64,000 bases of DNA from Basidiobolus meristosporus CBS 931.73 (taxonomy: Eukaryota > Fungi > Basidiobolomycota). Shown here piece by piece: positions 42,108-53,620 of this stretch. The translations under genes were made by a program, and so were the position numbers. The stretch's first letter is position 1. The number at the start of each line of letters is the position of its first letter. The stretch is from contig MCFE01000012.1 of the NCBI GenBank assembly GCA_002104905.1, positions 1 to 64,000 of the forward strand. The letters run 5' to 3'. The notes under the pieces were generated by a model. That model searched no databases and had not been told where the DNA came from. It saw nothing but the letters and a program-made list of their open reading frames with translations.

Positions 42108-42210
42108 GATCTCAATCCGTGTCTACCTAGATTGAATGTCACAGAGATTAGCATACCCTGACCAAAGTGACACGCGAATCGACCGTGCCTTGATGGTAGC
42201 TCGGACTTTT
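42108..42210 (+). ncRNA. Diverged U6 snRNA-like sequence (variant or pseudogene)
   Basis: U6 landmarks in the correct order and spacing: GATCTCAATC 5' hairpin remnant, ATTGAA, ACAGAGA box (42141), TTAGCAT with the AGC triad, CCCTG..CAAAG, TGACACGC, and a TTTT end at 42207-42210. There is a 3-nt deletion after ACAGAGA. Confidence 0.6.
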
Positions 42211-43274
42211 CTAAAGTTATATTCTAAATGCATTTGGCAACAACTGTTTCGCATGTTTCAGCAATACCCCACATGAACCTTGTGACGTACCGTTTCGAGT
42301 TTATACGTGTAACTTAATCAGGTAGTCAGCACAGTCCAATTTAGTGTTTATGGGATCAGAACCTACCTTGATTTCGAACCAACCTCTACCAGACTGTGTG
42401 TGAGCAGTTCATAGCAATGGCTAGTGGTGCTCGTTCTCCATGCGGCACTAGAACGGCCACTGAGTTACACATAGTACAAGAGCTGATCAACCTGAACAAC
42501 TTGCTAAACAAGAATAAAATGGTTGTGTGCCTACGTCCATGCGCTGACTACCAATTAGATGCAAGACGACTAATGAGTCGAGTTGGTGTAGCGTAAGGTG
42601 AAGCTGAGGGAAATAAATGTGGTCCTCCCTGCTCAAGCACACCCTGTAGGCCATTTTTATCCCTAGCACCGTTGAAAAATATTGTGATACAATACTTTCA
42701 GAGGCTAACAATTTTCTCAGTCAACTCCACTGAAAATTCATAATATATTGCTGCCATCAATACGTCTCGGGAAGCACCCAGTGCTTGTCACGTTGGCTGG
42801 GATATCATTATTTTTGAGACACACGTAAGAATCATGCTCATATCCACCTGATCCGTCTTCTACGTTCATGCAAATTCGGGATCTACTCCCTAGAAGTACA
42901 ATTGGTTACCATGTGGCCCATGGTGCTGTCAGTAGAGCTTTTAGATACTAGCACTTCTTGGATATATGATGAGAAAAGGGATGCCTACACTTTGCTGAAG
43001 TGGGGTGGATATTTAGAGAGAGTTAGAAGAATACATCGAGATTATATGGAATTAGATGGAATTTAACTAAAACAGCGAAAGATCGTTTCCTATTTGTTCG
43101 CTGATTGTTTCAATCATTAAATTACCCACGCCACTGCAGTTTGTGGGTGATTTATTGGGGTATACCCGCAGCACTAAGGCATTGCTGCTTGACACATCCG
43201 CAGCTTTCGCCCTTGCTAATATAAGTTAGGTTTTGTTGAATCGAAGTTTCAAGTACTTCGATTACCCCACCACC

Positions 43275-44179
43275 ATGTTGCAGGATCACACTGAAATCAA
43301 CCGCAAATCTTGGAATGAGGTTTGATGATCCTATTTTTGCGTACTTGAAGTGATTGGGCTAAACCTTTCTCCTAGGCTACCTTGGCACACAATAGCCACA
43401 AGCCCAACCAAGCAGAGTTTTTCCTTGATGGAGGCTCAACGCTTTTCCCTGAAGAAGTCGGACTTCTCGGAGATGTCAAAAACAAAAACATCTGCCACCT
43501 GCTGTGTAACTCGGGCCAGGACACCTTAAGTATAGCAAAATTAGGCGCTAATATAGTGGGTGTTGATATTTCCGATAATGCCATCGAATTTGCTACAACC
43601 CTGTCGAAGGATTCGAAGATCGAGGCAACCTTTGTTAGAAGTGAAGCTTGCAGTTATCTTGAAAGCACTGAACCGAACCAATTTGATGTTGTATTCATTT
43701 CTTACGGTGCTATCAATTGGCTCCCTGACATTAATCGGCTCGCTCAAGGTATTCACAAGATTCTTAAGCCGGGAGGTCGTCTTATCATAGTCGAATTCCA
43801 TCCAATCCTTTTCATTTTTGATGAAAGCACCGAAAGAGTTTTCCCTTACACCACCTCAGGCACTGTTCTCGAAAATGATGTCGGCGTGAGCGACTATGTG
43901 GCAAGAAGTGAAGGATGCTTAAATCACGGGGGAGAGTTTGCTGAAGGGATTGTCAACTTTGAAAACAAGTATCCTTGCAGTGAATTTGCTTGGGGCATTG
44001 GAGATATCCTGTCTTCCATTTTATCTAGTGGATTAGTGCTGAATGACTTTAAGGAGTATCTTCATTGCAATGGGTTTAAGCCATTTGATGAAATGAAGGC
44101 TTCAGATGATCGCACATGGACCATTGAACCAAACATCCCTATGATGTTTTCATTGGTCGCCACGAAGCCAGCGACATAA
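43275..44179 (+). CDS. Class I SAM-dependent methyltransferase of a mainly bacterial-looking family; one intron (43320-43375)
   Basis: Spliced start MLQDHTEINRKSWNE|ATLAHNSHK..FFLDGGSTLFPEE, then HLLCNSGQDTLS, VGVDISDNAI, FDVVFISYGAINWLPD, LKPGGRLIIVEFHP. Confidence 0.9.
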
Positions 44180-44669
44180 AATGGCGGATCTTTTGGTGCA
44201 AAACAAAAGCTTGGAGAACATAGTATTGAATCAAAACCTGTGGATTTGTTTTCCTGTAATACCAGTTGGTCTCTTTGATATTACGTTGCAGTAGAGTAAT
44301 AGTTGCTGTAGATTCGTGAAGTCATCGCAGTATAAAATTTTTCATTGAAGGATTATTTTGTTGTAAAACCAGTCGCGTTAATGTCCAGCAAGTTGTGAGG
44401 TAAATGCGAATGCATCCCAAACAGGGTACATTGTTGACCCTCCATATGATGTCAAAATTTTAACCAGAAATTCGCTAGTCATTTCCAGACCTGCAGGTGT
44501 GGTCTGTCATCAAGAAATACACTGACAATGAAATTTCATGGAGGGATTTTAATTTGGTTGATTCCCAGCCCGAGCTATTCAGCTTATTAACAAAATTTCT
44601 TAAATAATCCAATATTACGACTCCAAGTGAGACACTCATCTATTGGCCCTTTAGTCTAGAGGTGAAGGA

Positions 44670-45353
44670 TTAAGCTAGATAGATCGCCAGAACAATCGTC
44701 CCGAGTAGGGCGAGACCGGTCTTTGTTAACGTGCTGGATGACAAATCACCATTGCTTTTGCTGTTGTGGGTTATGGAAGGTCTTGGGATGTCGATGTTTC
44801 TCTGTTCCTGTGGAAGGATATTGGGCGGACTCTCGGGGAAACGTTGTCGAGGTGGTGGGGCAACGGAGGTTGAATAACCGTAGTTGTATCCATTATGTAA
44901 AGGAATTCCAGGAGACACGAATGCGCTGTAATTGGGCTGAAAATTCTCTTTGTGAGCAGAAGGAGAGGGAAAGTTCGTCACTGCGTTGTATGAAGGCGTC
45001 CCAGAGCCAGTTGGAGTAGGTTGAGGAAATGTTGTAGTGGGTTTGGGTGTTGGTTGAATGGGGAAGGTAGTTATCGGTGCTATTTTAGTAATGGTCGAGA
45101 TACTAGGCGCAATCTGATTGTAGGTGCTGGTCGAATTCTGCTGCATCTCGTTTGCAATGCTTTTCAGAGGCCCAACAATAGATTCAGCGTCCTCATTGAA
45201 TTCGTGCTCGTGCTCTTGCTCGTGCTCATCCCCATCACCGTTTTCATTCTCCTCTGGATCGTCAAAATATACTTTTGCATACCAACTTTGCGTCACATTA
45301 GATAGCATAAGTATCAGTAGTAAACATAAAGTGAAGTTCAAAGAAGCTTGCAT
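44670..45353 (-). CDS. Secreted, probably GPI-anchored Ser/Thr/Pro-rich surface protein
   Basis: Signal-like MQASLNFTLCLLLILMLSNVTQS, an acidic EHE stretch, a PT-rich stalk, and a hydrophobic C-terminus (TGLALLGTIVLAIYLA) after small residues (SNGDLSSS). Confidence 0.75.
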   Translation of the reverse strand: MQASLNFTLCLLLILMLSNVTQSWYAKVYFDDPEENENGDGDEHEQEHEHEFNEDAESIVGPLKSIANEMQQNSTSTYNQIAPSISTITKIAPITTFPIQPTPKPTTTFPQPTPTGSGTPSYNAVTNFPSPSAHKENFQPNYSAFVSPGIPLHNGYNYGYSTSVAPPPRQRFPESPPNILPQEQRNIDIPRPSITHNSKSNGDLSSSTLTKTGLALLGTIVLAIYLA

Positions 45354-45620
45354 CGGAAAGGAAAAGGGATGAGGATCCTCACACAAGTCAAGAAGAATAG
45401 CTTCGAATCTTGAGTACTTAAATTCATTTCGAAACCTTTACTTGGATTACTTCGAGTTACAAATTTGTGACTAGTTTCAACAGAATAAAATCAAGAGTTG
45501 AAACGTGGTAGTAATCACTCTTGGCTAAATCACCTGCAGTAAGGTTAAACATGTTTCAAGATTTATTATACAAACGGAGTAATGGATGGATACAAGCAAT
45601 AGGTGAATCTGGCAACGAAC

Positions 45621-46058
45621 CTAGTGGCAATTTCTTTGGTTTTCAGCGAAAGTGCTACAACCAAAATCCTGAGCTTGAGCCACTTTGTGGCCAATCATTC
45701 CCGGACCATTCCAAGACCAGCCAGTGGCGCATCGACGTCGGATAAAATTGGTGGCTTCCTCGTTGCTATCGATGCAAGCACTGACCATACACTGTTGAAA
45801 TTGATTATCACAGTCTGTCTTGAGCGAGTTGCACGTGGTGTAGCAATTCTCTTTCACCGTACAGCAACCATTCATCATATCCTTCTCCTTTCCTTCAGAA
45901 TTAGGTGATCCGCAGATGGTCTCATTGCTCGCATATTCAGTTGAGTTATTCGGCAAAGTACATGCTGGTGGTGGAGATCCCACACCTTCTTGGGGTCTAG
46001 CGAGAGTGCTGCACACCATGAAAGAGCCAAACGTAAGCAACAACTTGTATTGATGCAT
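45621..46058 (-). CDS. Secreted group XII phospholipase A2-like protein lacking the catalytic His-Asp
   Basis: Signal peptide, then CGS..MNGCCTVKENCYTTCNSLKTDCDNQFQQCMVSAC..C..FGCSTFAENQRNC. The Cys spacing parallels sPLA2-XII (CCNQHDRCYETC..K.DCDEEF.YC..IC..LGC..Y..SQ). Confidence 0.75.
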   Translation of the reverse strand: MHQYKLLLTFGSFMVCSTLARPQEGVGSPPPACTLPNNSTEYASNETICGSPNSEGKEKDMMNGCCTVKENCYTTCNSLKTDCDNQFQQCMVSACIDSNEEATNFIRRRCATGWSWNGPGMIGHKVAQAQDFGCSTFAENQRNCH

Positions 46059-47329
46059 TTTGAAAAATATTGTTGTTTAGATGGAGGCATACAGAGCTGA
46101 TTTTATACTGAATGTGTACACGATCACCAGTCATTACGGCTTAGCCCATGTAGGTTGACTACCATTTATCAGTCGAAAGGATCCAAGCCCAACTTGACGC
46201 GTACATCTTGACCGGTTACATAAATTTCGAAATTCTATAGCCCTGAATGAAATTGATCTTCAATGTTGAAGTTGTGTTACTAGGAATATTCAGGGATTTC
46301 GCCCAGATATAAGTAGAGCATGTAGCATACTTTATCTGTCAGGTTTTTGATTTCGTGGGTATATTTCATAACCTTCGAACTGGTCTCAGTTATCATTTCT
46401 CCAAAATGGCAGAAGTTGCCATTGCGAATCGAACATCGTACAAGCAGCAAGCTACTTCCGGATCATCCACATTAGTCCATTTTGGTGGCTTGCGTATTGG
46501 CAGCGCCACAAATTACTACTTTAGATATGTTGAAGCCCTCCTGTCGAAATACACCCTCGATGATTTTGAACTCGTTGGATAGCCCAAGGTGAGATGTGGC
46601 CCCGTTGCTTGTAATTAAGCTCGCTAATTGTTTCTGTCTGATCTGGCCTCTGGTAGACCAGACAAATCGATTTTAGTATGGATCGCTGAGAGCTGAAAGG
46701 GCGTGAGCCCATAAGATGCATCAAGTAGAGGCCATTGATGTCATGCCGGACTCACGCAATTGAGCTTTTAAAAACGTTCCAGTATGTGCGAAGTAAGCCT
46801 AGATGCGAATTGATGTGTGTGAGTGTTTTGGATGCTGATGGAATGCCCTCCGAGAATAATACCGAAATTAGTGCATCCCCTATGATATTTCTAGTGAGAT
46901 AAGTGACCCGCAAGACGATGTACTACTGGAATTTTAGATGACATACCTAGAAGCATTTATTAACATTCGCCAATCGCAGTCATAGGGATATTGCAATATC
47001 TCCGGGTTTGATGATATTGAATATTAAATCATTAACAAACGGTTTCATAACATTACTCCTGATTCATATTTAATGGAATATGCTTCAACTTCTGCGAGGC
47101 CAGTCGTGTTTCTTGGCTTATAGGTTGAGATCCAAGCACTTTAAATACAGCCCAATCAAAAGCTATCATACGCCCTTATATGCCGCCCGGCCTCCTCTTT
47201 GACTTGACACCTCCTTATAGTTTCTGCATCCCACTCTTTTCTGCTGTTTGTCTTGGAAAACACTCTTCGCTATCTTTCTAGAAGCAATCCTCTCTTTTCA
47301 GTTAACCTGTGAGTAATTCCAAGGTATTC

Positions 47330-48389
47330 ATGGCACCAAAGCAAAATAAGCCAGAAGCATATCATCAAGTGAGCCTTATCAATTACTTCGCCTCCAATAA
47401 CTATTTCTCACTCTTTCCAGATTCCTTCTCAGGAAGTAGATGACCCAGAAGCCTCCACTTCGGAAAACTCTACTCTAATTCATGAGCAACTTAGGGATTG
47501 CGAAGACAGTGAGATAGAAACTCACAACAGCTCGCATCCATCTAGTTTCACGAGTCCATTGTCGGAATCGCATAATGTCTTTCCTATCGAGGAGGCCCCT
47601 ACAATCGTGGATAACGAGCCTCACCTAAACCCAACTTCTAACCATAATCAAGATCAAACTGCTACTTTACCTGTAACAACTGATGGGGTATTTGCTAATA
47701 TTCCTGCCAAGCCTACGCCCGATACCAACAAAATCGAAAATCTTCCGGTAAACTGACATTAACCAATATCCATCAGTAGACCTTTCATCAAACGAAGACC
47801 CTTAATTTAGACATATGAGGAAGCCTCCCGTGATTCTGCACCTACGTACTTTGGAACGACCACTCTTCTTGCGCCTATAGGAGACGAGTTCTTTGTTGAG
47901 GGACTACCGGTGGGCAATATATTTTCCTTTCTTTGGAGCATGCTCGGTAACCACGATTTCTGTTTCAGATTGGTTAATTTTTACTCATCTCGTTACAGTT
48001 TCAATGTGCTTCCAATTTATCGGTTTCCTGTTAACATATTTACTGCACACGTCTCATGCAGCCAAGGTACACCACAGACAACCAGATTCGTGTTGAGCCA
48101 CATTTATTGATTTAAGTCTACTTTGCAGAACGGGTCAGCAGCTGGTCTCGGATTTACTCTTATTCAATTTGGCTTTTACTTACGCGGTAAGGCCTATGAA
48201 GACGACCCATTTGGTTCCCCAGATAGCACAGGTAATCCATCAGTAGGCAATGGAGATCTTCACAGTGTCTGGATTTCGTACTTTATGATGATCCTGGGAT
48301 GGCTGTTGGTTATTCGATCTACTTCGGAATATATTCGTGTACGCAAACTGGAGGTTACCATGCTTAGTACACCTGAGAGCGCCGTGTAA
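47330..48389 (+). CDS. BSD2: Bsd2/NDFIP-family Rsp5/NEDD4 adaptor (DUF2370), multi-exon
   Basis: DGVFANIPAKP, spliced LPTYEEASRDSAPTYF (PY motifs), VEGLPVGNIFSF, FQFIGFLLTYLLHTSHAAKNGSAAGLGFTLIQFG, and a final TM segment. Confidence 0.92.
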
Positions 48390-49102
48390 TTATTCATCCT
48401 AAACTGTTTACAATTCCTCTATCCCAAATTTATTGGTATTCATTACATATTGTTGAAGTCCCACCTACATTACATTGTTCTATAATTTCTGCTGCAGCTT
48501 CTATACAATAGAATTGGATTTTAGCACGCATACCTACTTGAATCTAAGCACTCATTTAAAGGGATGCATTGCTAATTATTCATCTAGGGCTGAAGCTACA
48601 GGACTGCTCCTGATCTTTAATAAATCAGTTAAATAGTGCGATAGAATACAAATTGGGGGATCCGAAAGCATGTCATTTAACAAGTATAGTAATCAAGTCT
48701 GAAGGGATGATGTATAGCATCAGCTGTAGAATATTGATAGAAACTTTATTCAGATCAACTATGAGTTTAAGTTTGTGGCTCTTTATTTAGCGTTCTTTGG
48801 ATCTTGTCTCGTTGTAAATCTGTTTAGAGAAAAATATAGTGATTCAGGAAGGACTGCATGCATTTGATAAAGCTTCGGGCAGCAGGAAAATGATCAACGG
48901 AAGGATGTCAAGGCAAACTGACTCGGAAAATCGTCGAGGCTTTCCAGATGGGCTGTTCAGAAGTGTTCGAAAATTACAAAGGATATTGCTGGGTACAGGT
49001 AAAGCTTGAATTACGAAAGCCTTTTGACGGCAAATGCATTAAAGGATTAATAATTACGAATACAAAAAAATTGCCAGCAGCTCGGGAAGGTGGATAATGA
49101 GC

Positions 49103-52100
49103 TTAGAAACAGAGGAACTTGCTCTTTCTCCGAGCTTCAACAAGGAGCTCCTCAATTCTGGCCTCCAGCATGGTGTTGCGTTGAGCCAGGCTATCTCCTT
49201 TCGCTCTTTCTTGTTCCAATTCTTTACGGGCGTGATCAACCTTCGCCTTTAACTCCTCAATGGATCTACTCAGTTTCTCGTTCTTGGCCACCTGGTCACC
49301 CATATTTTTACGTAGCTCACTGACGGTGCTCTTTAGCTCGTTTTGGCGAGCTTCACTTTCGGATAGTGTGGCTTCTAGAGATTCGACAGATTTCACGTGG
49401 CTTTCTAAATCCCTCTCAAGGCTAACTACCTTGGAACGAAGAGTGAGCGTTTCACTCCTATCCTGAGCAGCTAGCGGAGATTGAGCACGTGAGGGAGTTG
49501 GTGATGGTGGAGTAGAAGTCGGAGTTGCTGACTCACTTTGGACTATCTCAGCGACCAAGATCGGAGGTGGAATGGATGGTGGTGGAACTGGAGGTGGAAT
49601 CGACGACAAGGCAGCACCCCTATGGGCGGGATAATCCTGACTGGAGCGATCCTGATTTCCCTTGAGTTCCGCACTGATTTCATATATCTTACGTTCCAGC
49701 TCTCCGATCTTTTCATCTTGTTTCTTGATTAGCTTGGTTTGCTGCTCGATGATGCCCTCATTTTCCACGAGTTTAGTACGAAGAGTAACAACTACTTGCT
49801 CGGCATTTTCATTCTTGGCGATCGCTCCGGATGAAAATGACTGAGGGAACGGAGTAGGAGGGGATTTAAGTAGTTCCCCTTCAGACTCGGTCAACCTCTC
49901 AAGATTCCGTTGATGAATACCGGATTCTTGCTTAGTGCTCTGCACTTCATTGGCCAATTTTGTATTCATTTGAGAGAGGTTAGTCACCTGCGCTTCCAGG
50001 TCGGCAATATTCTGACTATATTTGATGTTTCCAGCACCAAGTTCTTTGTTTTCTTTTTCCAATTGATTGATAAGATCAGTAAGACTCTTGACATCTTCAC
50101 TAAGTTTGACATAGTTATTGGATTGTTCGTCAGTAAGTGACAGTCGCTGATAAAGGGCTTGGTTGGTTAAAGTCAGTTCCTCAATTTGAGCCACCAAGAT
50201 GTTCATTTCTTCTTCGCTTACGCCACTTTCAGGCTTTTGACCTTTCAATAGGGTAATTTGCCCAGCTAGCTCCTGATTTTTCTGGTCAAGCTCTTCGATA
50301 TACTGCTCCATTGCTTTGATGTCATCTGCTTGGGATTTGCTGTTCCGCTCAAGGGTTACTTGAACACTTTCCAGTTCTACAACTCGCTCGTTCGCTTTGT
50401 TACTACACATTAGCTCTTCCTCCAACTTGCTCTTTGAGTTTTCGAGTTCAGCGATTGTTTGGAGATATGCAGCCTTCTCCATTTCAGTCGAGGCTATCCG
50501 AGTTTCTAGAGAGTTTACTTGGGCTTTGAGGCTTTCAATTTGTTCAGCTCCACTGTGTTCCAATTGTTCGAGGTCCAATTTCATTTGAAGCTTCAACTCT
50601 TCATTTGTCTTTTCAAGAGCCTCTATAGATCGGCGGTATTCCTCATTTTGTTGAGCTAAAGATGCTACTGAATTCTCTAGTGCTTGAATTTGACAGGAGT
50701 AGTCACGATTTTGATCACCAGAACGCGTGTGGGCATCTTGTAGTTCGGCCAAATCCTTCTCTAAGCCTATCTTAGTCTCTTCTACCAAAGATTTTTCATT
50801 TCCCAACTCGACAATCATATCCTCCAAGCTGGATATTTTTAGCTTATATTGTTCCTCTATGGAAGAGTCGATGCTATTATCATGTTGGTTTGATGGGGTA
50901 TTCCTAGTGTTTAGCTCATCTACCAAATGATTTAGCTCATTCTTCTCTTTCTGTAGAGTATCAATCACTCCCTTAAGGTCTGCGACCTGATTCTCCAAAT
51001 GTTTGACATCAGGATTCTGTGCTAATGTTCCTTCAAGGGCCTGGACTTTCCTAGCATAATCTTGGTTACGAAATTCCGCTTCTTCAAGGTCTTTGTACGC
51101 CTTATCCAACTTCTCGGAATGGTCATTGGAAATATCCTTCTCCAATGATTCGATTCGGTTCTTGGATTCCTCTAGCTCAACAAGCAGGGATTCAGCAAGA
51201 CGGGCACTTTCCTGAGCCTGTCGAATGGATTGGGTAAGCTTCTCTTCGAGATCGTTGACTTTCTCCAACTGATGTCTTTCAGCCAATTCCGATTGTTCGA
51301 GTTGGATTTTAAGCTCATCCACGACTTCCAAATAACTCTCGACTCCCTTGGGGCCTTGTGACTGGATATTCTTAGTTTCAGTGATTCGGTGTTGCAATTC
51401 TTCAATATGTTGAACTGCATCAGCATACTCATGCTCTAAATCGTTCAATTGGGCTTTCAATTCTGCGATTGTCACTTCGCTGAGCTCGTTCTCGGATTGA
51501 GCTGATTTTAGCTTCGTAAGACTTAGGCGAACGTTGACCTCGGCATTTTCGGCGGAATATCGTGCATCTTGGAGTTGGTGCTCCAGTGTCTCGATATATT
51601 TCTCGTATTCCTCGATAATCGGCTCAACATCTTTCTGAAAATCCTCAGATGCCTCTTTCTCGCGTGCTATTCGTTTCTTCAGCTGCTGGTGTTCGGCGCG
51701 CAGTTTCGCCAAATCAAAGCATGCCTGATTGTAATGTTGCAGAAGGCTGTTGTAGTTGTTATCCACTTGAAGAAGATCTTGCTCTAGAGTTTCTGTACGT
51801 ATTTTCAACGCAGCTATCACATTATCCTGCTCCGGAGACGATGGAGGGATATCTACTAAGATAAATGAATCGAGTGAGTTCGCAGAATTGTAGAATGCAC
51901 GAGACAAAACACTCCACCATCTGAAGTACGGCTCTCCCCTTTGATTGATCGAAGTTCTGACTTCAGCTTTTTGACGAGGTTACGTAGGTAGTCCACATCG
52001 CCCGATAGTTCGGAATTGAGAACCACTTGATTCTTGATATTTCGAGCGCGATTAGCATATTGGAGGGTGTTCTGGTGAATGGTAGGAGGTTAATGATCGA

Positions 52101-53620
52101 GTATATCAAATACGTCCAATCTGGAGTATATTTACAAGAGTTTCATTCAGGTTTGACTCCACAGGTGAAACACAGGCAATCATAAGGGTATAACTGTTAC
52201 CACCAAGCGAATCTTGAAGCAGTCTAGTAAGCTTGGAATCTAGGGTTGATCGTTAGGTTCAAGTCCGAATAAAATGAATTGGTAGTAAATTAACCTCTGT
52301 AGGGAACGTGAACTGTCTTCTTGGATTGGTCACCAAGGGCAGAGATAACATTTCCTAGGGCCAGCAATCCTGCATTTATGCTGATTCCTTCCTTGGCGCG
52401 TTCTCCAATCGCATTTGTCCTTTTCAACTGAAAACACACTTAATATGTATTGCGAGCCATCGTAAATCTCGATTGGTACTTACCCTCTCTGACCCAGCCA
52501 AGTCAACAAAATGGAATTTGGAATTGTAAACCATCTTGTCTCCTTCAGCCAAGGAGGATGATCTCTTGTTGAGCGTAGGGGAGGTTGGGGTCGACGGCTC
52601 CATCATGTTGGAGTCTACCATTCTCTCTTGACGCAGACTGATTGAAAAAATCGCATGCGATCGAGATGATTTTTCATTCATGTCTGTGGCACCAGTTTGC
52701 CGTGCTAAAGAACCACATTCAAGATAGCTACAAACGTGCGTTAGATCACACAAACATCATCTATGATAATCGTGACCATTTACTTGAGAACGTCCTCTGG
52801 CGAGTGGACAATTGCTTCCCGAACACCAGTCCAATATATATTACCACGTGGATCTTCTCGAATGCTTATCTGGGACCGGATCCCTTCGTAGGCGGCCAGC
52901 AAATCGATCAATTCTTCATTGTAGATCTCCAAATAAGACACCCGTACTTGGAAATTTCCGGTAGAGTTGTTCAGGACATTAAAGAGCGTATTGACAGCGC
53001 GTGGGATAATTCCTATTATTACAGAACGTAGTGGTCAGCCTTAATTGATGTAGATACAGGACGAATTGCTTCCAACCTTGCGCTTCAAAGGCTGTATGTT
53101 TGCGAGAACCAGTTCCCATTGTAAATGTCTTTCCAGAGGAAGTTTGACCCTAAAAATAGCCCCTATGAGTTCTCTGGATATAGTTCTGGAACACATCAAA
53201 GACGTACATATGCTAAAATGGTTGCGTTGAAGCCTAGATTTAATTTAATCTCGTTAGCTCCTCAATTTCTGAATATTTGAATATGCTGTGATCGAACCTT
53301 GTATGAATTTGTCCATGAGGTGCAACACGCTTTGAGAGTAGATATCACTTTGCCCGGCGGCCGGGCCGAAGACATGGTCATAAGTGAATTGGCGATTGTG
53401 GGGAATGACACTAACAATTGGCGCTTCAGGAGTATAGCCTAATACTTCAGTATTACCACGAGCGCCTTTTATACGCTCGTTAGGTTGGATAGGTCTGACT
53501 CGTACAGCTATAGAAATAAATTGTTAAGCAAGCGCGTTCAGTAGACCACAGGTGCCTGTAGTATAGATACTTACCTACTTGGACCGTTAAAGGCCCTTGA
53601 GATGAATTGAGATTGGGCAT
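49103..53620 (-). CDS. Kinesin-4-like (KIF4/KIF21-type) motor with long coiled-coil tail, multi-exon
   Basis: [104 protein letters not shown], followed by about 930 aa of heptad-rich tail. Confidence 0.93.

Noticed and set aside
46520-46730. Ankyrin-like word (YGLTPFQLSA) on the - strand
   Set aside because: A single short motif surrounded by stops.
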